DNA of 64,000 nucleotides from a virus (IMGVR_UViG_3300026478_000749:22001-86000); one strand, 5' to 3'. Shown: positions 30,701 to 41,837, numbered from the stretch's first letter. Program-made: numbers and translations. The notes: generated from the sequence alone by a model not told the origin.

Positions 30701-32043
30701 TAATTCAAGAATGGTATAGAAGAAAACGTATTGGTATGTTTTTCTGTGGAGGCGTGGTTAATTATTCTTATATTGAAAACTGGTTACACGGTGTATTATA
30801 CTTTTTTAAATTTGATTATAGAATAAGATGGGACGATAAATCAGTAAGAGATTTAAATCAAAGAGGTAGCAAATATCCGAGAGAGCTAATTTTCTTTAAT
30901 GTTTTAGACGGTAAATTTTATTATAGAAGCACCCCATACAACCCAACATCTAAAACATTTATTGGTCAATCATATTCCGGATACAAAGAATTATTACATC
31001 CAACAACCTTTTATGATGTTGGTGTTAGAGATGAATTTTTTGATGAGATCTGTTTTGACCCAGCAGTAGACCCAACATGTTCTGTAATTAGAGATTTGAC
31101 AGTATCAAGTTATCAAGATCCAGCTAATATAATTGAACATGTTATTAACTATAGAATGGATGTTTCGGCTGCAAGAACTAATATTAATGATTTCTTCACA
31201 AATTCTGGATATACATTTAATGGAAGTGTAATGGATGGTGATGTACTTCAGCTAATCTCAATAAATTGCGAGGCAGGTATTGAAGCTTTTGATTTAGATA
31301 GCCCACATTATTTTATGTTTAATGGTGAGTTCTTAGATCCTGAAGACACAACATTTATGTCATATTTTAAAAATGGTTCTTCATGGGGGCCAACACCAAT
31401 TGATTTTAAATTAGATGTCAATGGTAGCTTTGTTAGGTATTGTTTAAATAATAGACTAGGCGACTTTACACAAAAAGTACCTTTTTATTTGTGGGATAAA
31501 AAAGCCAATGGCTTTGGATTAGATGATGATCAATTTTGGGATAGAACCGCAATAGGTGTACAAAAATTACAAAGAATGATTTCGGTATCTGGTGCAACTA
31601 ACACAACAACAAATTATTTAATGGCAGATGGGGAAGAAGAATATTTAATTAAACCAATGACAAAAACACACAACACGTTCTCATTTGTTGGTAACTATCC
31701 AGATTCTTTAGAAAGATTTGAGGCAATAAGATTAACAACACCAACAAGTGCAACAGAATTTGTTGAAGGTGACCTTTGGTTACATGTTTTAACTGGCACA
31801 CAAAAAAATCCATTAACAGGTAACATTTATGTTGTTGTAAACGGGGCTTGGTCTTCTCCAATACCGTATGTTAAAGATAACAATGAAACGTTCATTTATC
31901 AAACAGCATTAAACTATTCTGGAAACAAACAAGTACTCTCAACACCATTCCAATTCTATTTCGGATTAAGACCTGGGAGCACGGCTTATGATAAATTTAT
32001 AAAATATTATGGACCAAAAGGTGCATTCCCGTCAACTGAATAA
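27730..32043 (+). CDS. Large baseplate-associated virion protein with an internal hydrophobic segment
   Basis: 1437 aa after gp6. N-terminal beta-sandwich-like GVVCGRV..GIPNARVSILIP; preceded by TATTTATA. Confidence 0.6.
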   Translation: MVQKHRINTTLNGDKKVTVELKQDYDLLEILSLKFTQQDAYTSLCADYGVVCGRVTANNGLGIPNARVSILIPISDQDEQDPVISTLYPFKLSSDKNDDGYRYNLLPSRQQHAGHTPTGTFPDQNDILSREEQLEVFEKYYKFTAKTNYAGDYMIWGVPLGEQQLHIDVDLSDMGCFSLRPYDFIRQGEDANKFERFFKFRSDTDLDGLPQIVAFDKTIDVSPFWGNMDLCQIGITRADFDLSNLGIKVDPVSLMLVSTVTDADSDAVKRSGVIRRKSGYKCNLQTSDGKIQGVRFTGKKVIGSDGVTIYPELEYFNPGVIDDDGTAMAVIPMNLDYVYTNEFGEQETTNDPNKGVATSTVARLKLELNNSSGEGSSRGTSSATYLVPNIREFNKYTSGVASEYSEAIISSYVFSDVFEDYLNVPVPTGVTLEPLTNAERLHKKELILGTNNNDIPEDYFYKFIYGKVYTPTSFQGSHYEVSAAENLLGLSRRDAFLGIKEIRPNAEDDCAGTANYIPTNFAFRNRTKFGLLISQVLLFLQFIFALILNFVFELLGRFFMSVGKALYSIYFGWPFNWRPFARIGEQFQDIAHKLQVNGTQTLAITTYPDCEECTTDDEAATLTTDLSNTYCSVGEIKFKVIGVGAGGGYIYLIPIEFNTSTSTNSSIVSPGNRARDYDPTDQYMSGNTFSITGATKADTRTILSGLDEQTITPADPGDTNNARFIAQGISIVDDSILPYSPAGGDTVTKSISFSDFDLNFSANTQLGNLAQFTTGTATLITQALWNQVGNYPSTKLNEWINYAGQSGSTATVLLMPFNHASWAEIAGSNYETYDGPDSGDTPNGKGNFGDRGTYVVIRIFDRSKLKFDPTGTSTTFQIEEGCKKYDKAYDESISYKYLWSTGNTYGSSYVPLEPQNGYPAGFSESTTSPGSGYSIMADIIGGGGRLPRLRVWSKIGNSYYDRKTKSGLSEIRDGVFTVIPVIEGTSKNASLIQEWYRRKRIGMFFCGGVVNYSYIENWLHGVLYFFKFDYRIRWDDKSVRDLNQRGSKYPRELIFFNVLDGKFYYRSTPYNPTSKTFIGQSYSGYKELLHPTTFYDVGVRDEFFDEICFDPAVDPTCSVIRDLTVSSYQDPANIIEHVINYRMDVSAARTNINDFFTNSGYTFNGSVMDGDVLQLISINCEAGIEAFDLDSPHYFMFNGEFLDPEDTTFMSYFKNGSSWGPTPIDFKLDVNGSFVRYCLNNRLGDFTQKVPFYLWDKKANGFGLDDDQFWDRTAIGVQKLQRMISVSGATNTTTNYLMADGEEEYLIKPMTKTHNTFSFVGNYPDSLERFEAIRLTTPTSATEFVEGDLWLHVLTGTQKNPLTGNIYVVVNGAWSSPIPYVKDNNETFIYQTALNYSGNKQVLSTPFQFYFGLRPGSTAYDKFIKYYGPKGAFPSTE

Positions 32044-33809
32044 TGGAAAAGAAAACAATCATATTACCAGAGTTAAGGTATCATAAAGCCCCGGCCCTTG
32101 ATCTATCAACAAGAATTGGTTTAGAAACAAGTGAAGAATTGCTAAGGGAAGGAGATCGTTCAATTGTTCTAGATCTTGAAGAACACTTTAGCTACGAAAG
32201 AGCACAAAGTAACAAATACAAGATATATGGTAAGCTTAGAATGATATTCAGAAACATGTATGAAGGCGATAGCAATTACCAAAACTTGACTGAATACCTT
32301 TACTTAACTGGCGCAGGTGATATTGGAGACAATACTGGTTACATACCGTATGATGAATTCGCATTTATAAGAAGAGACACGTATAGACAAGACATTAGTG
32401 TCCCTTCAGTTAGTGGTACAACATATGGCACATACACACCAACTTTTTCATTACCAACAAAACCAAGAAACAAGCATCAAAATATATCAAATATGGACGC
32501 CCCATATCATAACTGGAATCTTTATACAAGTTATGTGTATAGCGGCGATACCAATTATCCAATGAAATATACACTCAGCGGAGCGACCAAAGTGGAGGGT
32601 ACAAATATTATTACATTTACTAGCGGTAAAGGAATACCATGTAGAGTAGAAACAACAGCAACAAATTACAAACTAACAACACCAGTTCCACATGGAATAG
32701 GTGAAGATGAGTTTGTTATAATATCTTCGGTTTCAGCTATTAGTGGAAAAACATATTCTGTTTCAAGTCTTGGTGATGACAAATATAATTCATCAAAATA
32801 TGTAATAAATCTAAATAGACAACAATTTAGTGGTGTAACCCTACCAACATTAATCACAATTAAAAGATGTATTAATGATAAAAATATATCAGGAACAACA
32901 TCAACATATTACGTACATAAACATAAAACATTAACCCCATATACCGATTATATTTTAGATAAAGCCGGATTTGAGGTACCAATATTTGAGGAAGAAAAAA
33001 AGATTTTATTTGAAGATAGTGTTGGTAATAATGATGTGTTGGTTGAAAGAAACAGACCAGAATCATTGTTATACGACTTTAGAAATAGTTTTATTTTAAC
33101 TGGTTTAACAAATAATCTTGGTTACACACCAACAGAAGTTTATGTAACTGTTTTATTTAAAAACGGATCTGGGTATTTCGAATATCCGCCAAAGGTTGGT
33201 TATAGATTTCATTTACATGACGGTTGGATAGATAATCATTTTAGTGGTACTACAGCTCAAGAAACCGCACTTAGTGGTACATCTGTTACTATTAGCGGGA
33301 TAACATTTACATCTGGTAGCACAATACCAACTGGAACAATTTTAACTGGTGCATTTGTCGAATACAATCCTTATGAATTAAAAGAAAGAATCATATCTGA
33401 AGCACTTCATAAAATTGTTCACCCAACAACAATTTTTGACCACAATCAAGACCATGATGTTGTAGGTTTTAGCGGTGCAACAGCTAATAATAAATCAGGC
33501 TTATTATATCAGCCACATTATCGAGTAAAATTAAGACAGCTTTCACCATATGTTGAAACATTTAATACCAATAATATAATAGATCTTCCAGATAATGCAA
33601 GATATTTTCCAGATGAAAAATTGTGGAAGTGGAGAGATTTATATGATCATGGTTTTGTTGATGACGAAGGTAACGGGACTGATTTCCCATTTGTAAATGG
33701 TCAACATTATGTTAAAACAGATTTTAATTTTTATTTCATAAACGAAAAAGAATTTAATAATAAATCAGATGGATTTAAAGGATTTGGAAATACAAACATA
33801 AATTGTTAA
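32043..33809 (+). CDS. Putative virion structural protein
   Basis: 588 aa, translationally coupled (TAATG); Thr/Gly-rich with 11 [ST]GxT motifs. Confidence 0.6.
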   Translation: MEKKTIILPELRYHKAPALDLSTRIGLETSEELLREGDRSIVLDLEEHFSYERAQSNKYKIYGKLRMIFRNMYEGDSNYQNLTEYLYLTGAGDIGDNTGYIPYDEFAFIRRDTYRQDISVPSVSGTTYGTYTPTFSLPTKPRNKHQNISNMDAPYHNWNLYTSYVYSGDTNYPMKYTLSGATKVEGTNIITFTSGKGIPCRVETTATNYKLTTPVPHGIGEDEFVIISSVSAISGKTYSVSSLGDDKYNSSKYVINLNRQQFSGVTLPTLITIKRCINDKNISGTTSTYYVHKHKTLTPYTDYILDKAGFEVPIFEEEKKILFEDSVGNNDVLVERNRPESLLYDFRNSFILTGLTNNLGYTPTEVYVTVLFKNGSGYFEYPPKVGYRFHLHDGWIDNHFSGTTAQETALSGTSVTISGITFTSGSTIPTGTILTGAFVEYNPYELKERIISEALHKIVHPTTIFDHNQDHDVVGFSGATANNKSGLLYQPHYRVKLRQLSPYVETFNTNNIIDLPDNARYFPDEKLWKWRDLYDHGFVDDEGNGTDFPFVNGQHYVKTDFNFYFINEKEFNNKSDGFKGFGNTNINC

Positions 33810-33810
33810 A

Positions 33811-34644
33811 ATGAATATATTATATAATAGAGATAGTAAATCGTTGGTTTTTAATCCGGAAACAGATTTTAGAACAAATGCTGGATGGGAAAAAAATTTC
33901 CTAGATTACCAGGAAGAAGTTCTAAGGTCAATTATCAATCCGGTTGAAAATTATGAAACGGTTAGATATATTCATGAACCATATGATGTAACAATATCTG
34001 GGGTAACAACTAAGCAGTGTGATATTTGGTATCAATTTTATTTTTTAAACAACCAGAACCCTAGAGATTATGACAATGGCTTTGATTACGATTTGATCGG
34101 TATAAGCCCAAAAGAAAATGCCAAATTGTTAAAGCACACCGTTAATAGTTTCTTTAGGTTAGAATTTTATACAACAAGGGAAAGAGAAACACAAAAACTT
34201 GTTTTTGCTAAAAATTTATCAATACCTCTTGGCCAAAAAGTTTTTGACCTAAACTTAAGAGAAGACATTTTTGTGCCGGTATTTAATGGTAACAACTATA
34301 GAAATACTGAAAACATGTATTTGTTTTGGTTTGGTGACGATAGTGTGTTTAGTGGACTAACCTTTTATATGACAGCTAGATTCTTTAACGCTGAAGACGG
34401 TACTATTACAAGATTCTTAAATAAAGATTTAACTGTAAATAATTCTGGTTTAGTTAATGGTGAAAGAGTGGGAACAACCGCTAATCCTGTTAAGTTTTAT
34501 GAGATGAACTATAGCAATACCGTGGACGAGGTTAATGATGTTTATTATCAAGTAAGATTTAAAAGATCAGATCATAGCTACAAAATAACAAGAGGAATTA
34601 CAAGTGATTGTGATTTTGGTAGTGGCACCGCAACTAAATTATAA
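33811..34644 (+). CDS. Putative virion structural protein
   Basis: 277 aa within the baseplate operon. Confidence 0.55.
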   Translation: MNILYNRDSKSLVFNPETDFRTNAGWEKNFLDYQEEVLRSIINPVENYETVRYIHEPYDVTISGVTTKQCDIWYQFYFLNNQNPRDYDNGFDYDLIGISPKENAKLLKHTVNSFFRLEFYTTRERETQKLVFAKNLSIPLGQKVFDLNLREDIFVPVFNGNNYRNTENMYLFWFGDDSVFSGLTFYMTARFFNAEDGTITRFLNKDLTVNNSGLVNGERVGTTANPVKFYEMNYSNTVDEVNDVYYQVRFKRSDHSYKITRGITSDCDFGSGTATKL

Positions 34645-34646
34645 AA

Positions 34647-35909
34647 ATGAAAAAATATAAGTACGAAATATTGCAAAAAAATATATTATCAGTTGTTTTA
34701 TATAACGCTGGGCAGTATTGGTATGATAACCATCTACAGTTAATACCCTGGTCAGCAACAACAGCTCCAACTAGCGGAACAACAGTTATGGATGTTAAAT
34801 GGTATAGTGACATTACTTATACTGCTGGTGATACCATTTATTACAATGGTAAAATTTACAAATCTTTAGTTGCATCAAATTTAAATAAAATACCATCAAC
34901 ACAAACATCTTTTTGGGTTGAACAACCTGAAGCACTAACCTGGACTGATAAAGGATATTATTACAGGTGGAATGGAACGTCTTGGGTTAATATTGGAAAA
35001 AATAAATCGGCAGCATATCCAGATTATAAATTACCAATACTTTTAAATGCAAAAGTGGATGAATTAGGTATTATGGTTGGATTTGATGGTGAAATCGATC
35101 AAGTAGAACAACTTTGTAATTTCACATATAAAGCGTCTGGTAATACTATAACTGTATATAATACAACAAATACAAATACATTAAAAAGAGTAGTTGACGC
35201 GACATTTCAAATTAATTGGGGGGATTTAACAACTTCCCCAATATCAATTTTAGGTAACGCAACTAAAACATATACAACCTCCGGAAATAAAACTATTTCA
35301 ATTACAATGAATAGTCCGTGGAAAGTTCAGACTTTATCAAGAACAATAAAGTTACCACTAGTAATTGGTGACCCAACTAGTTTAGGTACCCTAGCATTCA
35401 CATTCCCATATACAGATTATGGGGTAGCTGCTTCCGGATCAACACAAACACGATCATCAACAAGTTTAACTTTTGTTGCTGTTGGTAAAAGTAGAATCAT
35501 AGAAAAAAAATTATATGGTCAAACATCGTATACCGGGGTGACATCCACATCATTACCTGGTACAACTTTAAGTTGCTCAAAATATACGGTTGATGGTTTG
35601 GATTATTATGATTGCTCAGACGGTGTTACATATGTTACAGGAAAAGTACCAAATCATATTATAAATGGTACTTCTGGGTTTACAAACGGGAATACCACAG
35701 ATTTTGCAACAGAATATGTGGTAAATAAAATGTTAACCAGAAACGAGCATTTTCTAGGTTTTGTTTCTGATCCATCCGTTTATTCTGACATATTTGTTGA
35801 AAGAGGTAAGATGGGTGTATCTGAATTTAATTTAAGATTAGGAGAAATTGACAATATTGGCGAATTAGACATATATGGAAATGGATTTTTCGTTGTGAAA
35901 AAACAATAA
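34647..35909 (+). CDS. Virion protein with a CBM5/12-like carbohydrate-binding module and a PKD-like segment
   Basis: WYSDITYTAGDTIYYNGKIYKSL..N..P....W fits the CBM5/12 pattern; FQINWGD is PKD-like. Confidence 0.6.
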   Translation: MKKYKYEILQKNILSVVLYNAGQYWYDNHLQLIPWSATTAPTSGTTVMDVKWYSDITYTAGDTIYYNGKIYKSLVASNLNKIPSTQTSFWVEQPEALTWTDKGYYYRWNGTSWVNIGKNKSAAYPDYKLPILLNAKVDELGIMVGFDGEIDQVEQLCNFTYKASGNTITVYNTTNTNTLKRVVDATFQINWGDLTTSPISILGNATKTYTTSGNKTISITMNSPWKVQTLSRTIKLPLVIGDPTSLGTLAFTFPYTDYGVAASGSTQTRSSTSLTFVAVGKSRIIEKKLYGQTSYTGVTSTSLPGTTLSCSKYTVDGLDYYDCSDGVTYVTGKVPNHIINGTSGFTNGNTTDFATEYVVNKMLTRNEHFLGFVSDPSVYSDIFVERGKMGVSEFNLRLGEIDNIGELDIYGNGFFVVKKQ

Positions 35910-35933
35910 AATTATATTTATTAATAAAATGCT

Positions 35934-36851
35934 ATGGCAGTAGGAAGTTACGGAACAATAAGACCAGCGGATGTATCACCAGAAGATGTAGAAATACTAC
36001 TTCACTATGCTGCGGATAGGGGTGCAACTACCGATTCAACATTAACAAAGTTGGACTCGGCAGCTATCTTATCACCATTATATCATAATGCAAATACAAC
36101 TGACGACACAAATGCTCCAAATGTGGAGGTTTTGGGTGGTATGTACACATTAAGATTAGAAAGTACCACATTCTCTGAGTTAGGAATTTACACACTTCAC
36201 GTAAGACCAAAACAAATAAGAACACAAATAACAGATTGTGGTGTTTTAGCATCATTATCTTCAGTTAGGGGTATTGTAGTCGATCTTGGAAATGTTGACC
36301 AAGAGGATAGATCTAAATTCACCCCACAGGGCTTAGTTGGTTACAGAGTTGAGTATATAAGTGTTAGTGACAACAAAAAGGTCCCAAATTTTTATAAAAT
36401 TGTGACTTCGTCATTTTATTGTGAACCGGTAACAACAAATCTAACTAACACCACACAAAAATCAGTTAGATACAGATATTCAGATTCACCAACAAACTTG
36501 GTGTTTTTGACTGTTACCCCATCCTCTGCTCCTAGTAACAAACCAAACACTGTTCCATTTATTGGTCAACCACTACAAAAAATTATATTAACAAACAGCT
36601 ATTTTAATCCAACTACGATTGAGGTAGAAATGGTTGAACATGACGCATCTACGCTTGCACTTGCTCTTTATGGTAATCAAAGTAAGGCGGTATCTTCAGG
36701 TATCTACACGATTTATGATGGCTCAAATAACATTTATAAACAGTTTAACCTATACGAAGTTAAAGACGAATTTAATGAGACATTATATGAGATTCGTGAG
36801 GGAAGGACTGATATAGACCAAACGTTAAACTTTGACGATATTACTGATTAA
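35934..36851 (+). CDS. Putative virion structural protein
   Basis: 305 aa, preceded by TATTTAT at 35915, inside the structural block. Confidence 0.55.
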   Translation: MAVGSYGTIRPADVSPEDVEILLHYAADRGATTDSTLTKLDSAAILSPLYHNANTTDDTNAPNVEVLGGMYTLRLESTTFSELGIYTLHVRPKQIRTQITDCGVLASLSSVRGIVVDLGNVDQEDRSKFTPQGLVGYRVEYISVSDNKKVPNFYKIVTSSFYCEPVTTNLTNTTQKSVRYRYSDSPTNLVFLTVTPSSAPSNKPNTVPFIGQPLQKIILTNSYFNPTTIEVEMVEHDASTLALALYGNQSKAVSSGIYTIYDGSNNIYKQFNLYEVKDEFNETLYEIREGRTDIDQTLNFDDITD

Positions 36852-36853
36852 TA

Positions 36854-39800
36854 ATGGCAAAAAGAAAAGTTCCGAGTCAGGCGGCTAGTGGTTTTGAAAC
36901 GTTTAGCGATAGTCTCGTTGGTAGACAAATTACCGACGGTACTAGTCAATTGACTAATACGAACTTCGCTCTTGATACAATTGTCCCAGAGAAAGACTCA
37001 AAAAAATTCCAAACTGCGCCATTTTCAGATTTTATTACATTAGAAAATCTTAAGGTTGAGGAAGATGTTCCAACAACGGTTGTACAATCTGATGGTAAAA
37101 AGAGACCAGTAAGATTTAATACAAATAAAAGGGACGCATCTAAATCTCTTTTTGGTTCATTAAGAGAAAGAATTAGAGTCTCTATTGCTAGAATTGCTAA
37201 AAATTTTCCTGGTGCTATTTTTGTTGATAAAGATGCTTTAGCATCAATCACCAGCTACACTGCTGAAAATATATCATATAACCCAACAACTAACACAACA
37301 ACATTTAAAATTCAAGTTGGTAGATTTTTCAATCCTTTTGATATTGTATTAAAAGAGCCAACAGCAAGTCAATTAATTGAAGTTGAAAACAAAATAAGAA
37401 ATTTATTCTCTTCATATACAAAATATTGTATTGTAGTTGAGAATAAAACATATGCTATAACAAGCTATGTACAACCAGATCAGTTTAACCAAATATCACT
37501 TGTTGTTGATGGTAAACCGTTTACCGGGACAACATATTCAGATAGTTTTATTTTAAGACCCAATGATAGTGTTGTTGAAGAATTTTACTTAGGACTAGAC
37601 GATTTAGAGCAAACATTATTAAATAGAGATACCTATCCAATATATCAAGCTGGATTTACGGTTCCTAGAACTAGTTTAGATGAAACAAAAACAGAACTAA
37701 TTTCTATATTAGTTAACTGGCCAACATCAAAAGACGGATATAATATTCAAATTACCGGTCTTAAGTTTGAAGAGTACATAACACGTCTAAGTGATTTAGC
37801 AACTGAAATTGATAACTATAAATCTAACTTAGTTACAAGATTCCTTGTTGCCCCACAATTATTTGAATTTGATACTGAAGACCAAAAAATTGATAAGATA
37901 TTTCAATTATATGGTCAGAGTTTTGATAAGGTAAAATCTTATATTGATAATATTGCGAACATGAGAAATGTTTCTTATGACGCAATCGATAATATTCCAG
38001 ATGTTTTTCTTAAAAATTTAGCAAATACACTTGGTCTTAATACCATCAATTTATTTGATCAAAAAAGTTTAGAAGAACAAATATATAAAGCATCTTCTAC
38101 TGTTTACAATGGACAAGCTATTGGTAAAAATCTAGTAGAAGCTGAACTTGAATTTTACAGAAGATTATTAGTTAATCTAGCATTTATATACAAATCAAAA
38201 GGTACTAGAAGTAGTATTGAATTTTTCTTAAAGTTTATCGGTGCACCAGATCCAATGGTGAAAATAGACGAATATGTTTATAAAGTAACTAGCGCTTTAC
38301 CACCATCTACTTTAGATGATTTAAATAACACATTAAATAATATTAATGTTAGCAACAATGTAACATTTAATAGCGAAACATATACATATACCGTTTCTTC
38401 TTTAACAGGGTTAACAACAAATAGTCAATTAACGGATTATCCTATTGATGAAACAACGTTACTACCTAAAGCCCCAACAACAAACCAAGAAAATGTTTTC
38501 TTCCAAATGGGTTCAGGTTGGTCAAGCGTTACTTTAGATCACAGATCTTCAGATATTCTTGATACAGAAAATTCAGTATTATCAGGGAGAACTAAAACTT
38601 TACTAACAACATCGAAACCATATTCATATGGTGAAGAGTTTTTTGACAACTATAGAACATTACCTGGTTTGGATTATGGTTTTACAATACAAAGTGAAAT
38701 TGATAACCAGCAGGGGCAAATTTTAGAAGACGAAGCTCTTTCAAATTTAATTCTTAATAGAAAAAACATAAACGTTTTTGTATCTGCAGCAAATGCTGTT
38801 AATTATGATATTTGGAGAAAGTCTAGAGAACTTGAAGTGACTTTTGGAACAAATAGTTTACCACCACAAACAGGTGTAACTTTTGCGCAATACTTAGAAA
38901 ATATTTTCTCAAGTCAAATAACTAATTCGAATATAATAAGATATAAGAAAAATTATATCGCTTTAGAGGATGTTTATCAGGATTACATAAATCAATTAGT
39001 AGCGTCTGGATATACAACTTATGATATGATATCAACATCTGATTTTGTTAATCAGATGAGTCCATATTGGTCAAATGTTTTAGAACAAATTATACCATCA
39101 ACAACATTATGGATGGGGGGTAATTTAATTGAAAACAATGTTTTTGGTAGACCTAAGTTTTCATATAGAAAACCATGTAAGCCGTTAGAGATTGTAGAAA
39201 ATTTATATCCAGAATTTGAAACAGTAATTGAAGAAGATCTTGAAACAATAATTGGAGACCCAGATAACTTAAGAGGTTTAATTGAATTTAGTGGTGTAAC
39301 ATTTACTTTACATATTGATATTGATGGAACTGATTATAGTGGGACAACACAGGTAGTTTTAACCGGTAGCACACTATTCGGTACCGGCTTTACCGCAGTA
39401 GAAAACTGTAGTGTACTTACTTCTTCATCATCTAAAATACCACTTATTTGTGAATATAAAAATTGGATCAATTTAAATTTAACAACAATAAAGGCTGCTT
39501 GGAAAAACGCAATAGCCGCGCTTGTTAATCAGATTAATCAAACAGAAACACAATACAGCGCATTTAATACTCCTTCATATGTTCCTGGAAATGCTGTATT
39601 ATCGGGAAAAACACAATTAATATCTTATGAATTTTTCACAGATAATAATGGTGTTGAAAAAGTTAAATTTATTGCACACACAAACTCTTCCGGAGAATGT
39701 TTAGTAAAAGATAATTTAGATTTTTATTTTGATGTTGATTACAAATATACTGAACCTAAATGTCATTTAGATTTATCATTTGATGCGTCTTGTGATGTTT

Positions 39801-41815
39801 ATTCTGGTTATCCAACTTGTAAAGTTGCAACAGATGTTATTGTTAGCTTAACAGGTGTTACAGTTCAATCTGGTAACGATAGTGGATGGGGAGTATACGT
39901 TCAAAGAAATTGTACACCTGGAAATAACATTAGTACAGGATATCACCCAACCTATACAGATACAAGTTTCTTCCAAATTGTTGGAGAAAATTGTAAGTTC
40001 AAACTTACTAATGTAAGAGAAGATGAAGTTATTGATTTAATTTTTACTGATGCAGCAAACTGTGATAAAAAAGTAAAAATTGAAGGATTAGCATTAAGAT
40101 ACGTTGAGTATCCAACTGAAGCACCTGATTTACCATTGGTTGTTAACACCGGTTACACGTTAGTACCAAAAGTACAATATAGAAACACATACAATTATGG
40201 TTTAAAACACAATACAAAAGTTATTGTTGTTAGTGGCGCTACAATTAATTCATCTACAACACCGGCAAACATTACTAGTTATTTAGCTGCAGGTACTCTT
40301 GTTAAAAAAGACGTTAAAGATTTAGTTAATGGAAATGTTATATTAGGCGCAACATACTTATCATGCACTACACTTTCATCAAGCATGTTTGAATATGCTA
40401 GTGAAAACAATGATTATTCTTTTTCATATGATTATTCAACGCATACAATTAGTGATATTGATTGTTTGGGGTCAGTAAAGAAAAGTGAAATAACAGGTAT
40501 GACTTCAAATGGTCAACAGGTTGTTATTGAAGTTTTACCAACAACAAAACTACGTGTTTACACAAATAAAGAGGTTGATGAAGCAACATATAGAGTATCT
40601 AAACGAGATGGTTATTTCTTTGATTCTAGATCTCCAGAGTTTTTGCAATTAAAACCAGAAACACCTGAAGAGCCTTGTTGTTATTATCCATCAGATTACT
40701 ATGATACCGGAGATTTTTTAATTACAGAAAAAGGTGAATTATTAGAGGTCATTGCAGTTAATTTAAATTACTGTGAAAATAATCTTTATTATAACATTAA
40801 TGTAACAGGAACACAACCTCAAAATTTAGTATTATTTAATGGTAATAATGGAACACAAGTTTTAATACAACATTCATATACTAAGTTTAATAGACTTAAT
40901 ATGAATTTAAGTCAATATTATATTGATAATCAATGTTGTAAAACTGAAATTGAAGATCCTGTAAGAAATTATACAACTGAATGTGGTATTATAATTCCAG
41001 CAGTACCTTGTGGTAGCGCATATCCAATAGTTACCCCAACCCCAACATCTACACCGACACCAACAAATACATCTACCAGTACACCAACAGCAACGGGTAC
41101 ACCAACAGCAACGGGTACACCAACAGCAACCCCAACCCCTACTGTAACTCAAACATCAACTAATACCCCTACCAGTACACCAAGTAGTACCGCTACACCT
41201 ACTATAACTGAGACACCAACTAACACACCTACAGTAACAGATACACCAAATTGTGAATTTGTTATTGACACAAATATTGTAATAACAACGCCGACACCAA
41301 CAACAACGTCAACATCAACACCTAATTGTGAATTTATGGTTGATACTGTTGCGGTAATTGCTACCCCAACACCAAGCATAACAATCACCCCCACCTCTAC
41401 TTACACACCAAATTGTGAATTTGTAATAGACACTGTTGCGGTAATCGCCACACCAACACCAAGTGTTACTATAACACCTACATCAACTTTCACATCTAAT
41501 TGTGATTTTATTATTGATACTGTTGCTATAATTGCTACACCTACGCCAACGATCACAACTACACCAACAGTAACTGAAACCCCAACATCATCGGATAGTT
41601 GTGAATTTGTTGTTGATGTAAATGCAACGATTGCAACACCAACACCAACAATTACTACTACACCAACAATAACAACTACACCAACAATTACATTTACCGA
41701 AGGGTCTTGTGATATGGCATATGAAGTGGTTGAAAGTTCAGAGGGGATAATAGTTGAAAATGGTGCAAGTTTTATTGCAGATGAAAATAATACTGATATA
41801 TTAATAGTAGAATAA
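36854..41815 (+). CDS. Baseplate wedge protein (gp7 / tail protein I-like) with a C-terminal Thr-Pro-rich modular extension
   Basis: Tail-I-like IPDVFLKNLANTLG and LAFIYKSKGTRSSIEFFLKFIG; the last ~260 aa are TP linkers with repeated C(E/D)F strands. Confidence 0.65.
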   Translation: MAKRKVPSQAASGFETFSDSLVGRQITDGTSQLTNTNFALDTIVPEKDSKKFQTAPFSDFITLENLKVEEDVPTTVVQSDGKKRPVRFNTNKRDASKSLFGSLRERIRVSIARIAKNFPGAIFVDKDALASITSYTAENISYNPTTNTTTFKIQVGRFFNPFDIVLKEPTASQLIEVENKIRNLFSSYTKYCIVVENKTYAITSYVQPDQFNQISLVVDGKPFTGTTYSDSFILRPNDSVVEEFYLGLDDLEQTLLNRDTYPIYQAGFTVPRTSLDETKTELISILVNWPTSKDGYNIQITGLKFEEYITRLSDLATEIDNYKSNLVTRFLVAPQLFEFDTEDQKIDKIFQLYGQSFDKVKSYIDNIANMRNVSYDAIDNIPDVFLKNLANTLGLNTINLFDQKSLEEQIYKASSTVYNGQAIGKNLVEAELEFYRRLLVNLAFIYKSKGTRSSIEFFLKFIGAPDPMVKIDEYVYKVTSALPPSTLDDLNNTLNNINVSNNVTFNSETYTYTVSSLTGLTTNSQLTDYPIDETTLLPKAPTTNQENVFFQMGSGWSSVTLDHRSSDILDTENSVLSGRTKTLLTTSKPYSYGEEFFDNYRTLPGLDYGFTIQSEIDNQQGQILEDEALSNLILNRKNINVFVSAANAVNYDIWRKSRELEVTFGTNSLPPQTGVTFAQYLENIFSSQITNSNIIRYKKNYIALEDVYQDYINQLVASGYTTYDMISTSDFVNQMSPYWSNVLEQIIPSTTLWMGGNLIENNVFGRPKFSYRKPCKPLEIVENLYPEFETVIEEDLETIIGDPDNLRGLIEFSGVTFTLHIDIDGTDYSGTTQVVLTGSTLFGTGFTAVENCSVLTSSSSKIPLICEYKNWINLNLTTIKAAWKNAIAALVNQINQTETQYSAFNTPSYVPGNAVLSGKTQLISYEFFTDNNGVEKVKFIAHTNSSGECLVKDNLDFYFDVDYKYTEPKCHLDLSFDASCDVYSGYPTCKVATDVIVSLTGVTVQSGNDSGWGVYVQRNCTPGNNISTGYHPTYTDTSFFQIVGENCKFKLTNVREDEVIDLIFTDAANCDKKVKIEGLALRYVEYPTEAPDLPLVVNTGYTLVPKVQYRNTYNYGLKHNTKVIVVSGATINSSTTPANITSYLAAGTLVKKDVKDLVNGNVILGATYLSCTTLSSSMFEYASENNDYSFSYDYSTHTISDIDCLGSVKKSEITGMTSNGQQVVIEVLPTTKLRVYTNKEVDEATYRVSKRDGYFFDSRSPEFLQLKPETPEEPCCYYPSDYYDTGDFLITEKGELLEVIAVNLNYCENNLYYNINVTGTQPQNLVLFNGNNGTQVLIQHSYTKFNRLNMNLSQYYIDNQCCKTEIEDPVRNYTTECGIIIPAVPCGSAYPIVTPTPTSTPTPTNTSTSTPTATGTPTATGTPTATPTPTVTQTSTNTPTSTPSSTATPTITETPTNTPTVTDTPNCEFVIDTNIVITTPTPTTTSTSTPNCEFMVDTVAVIATPTPSITITPTSTYTPNCEFVIDTVAVIATPTPSVTITPTSTFTSNCDFIIDTVAIIATPTPTITTTPTVTETPTSSDSCEFVVDVNATIATPTPTITTTPTITTTPTITFTEGSCDMAYEVVESSEGIIVENGASFIADENNTDILIVE

Positions 41816-41837
41816 ACAAAAAAAATATTTAAATAAA

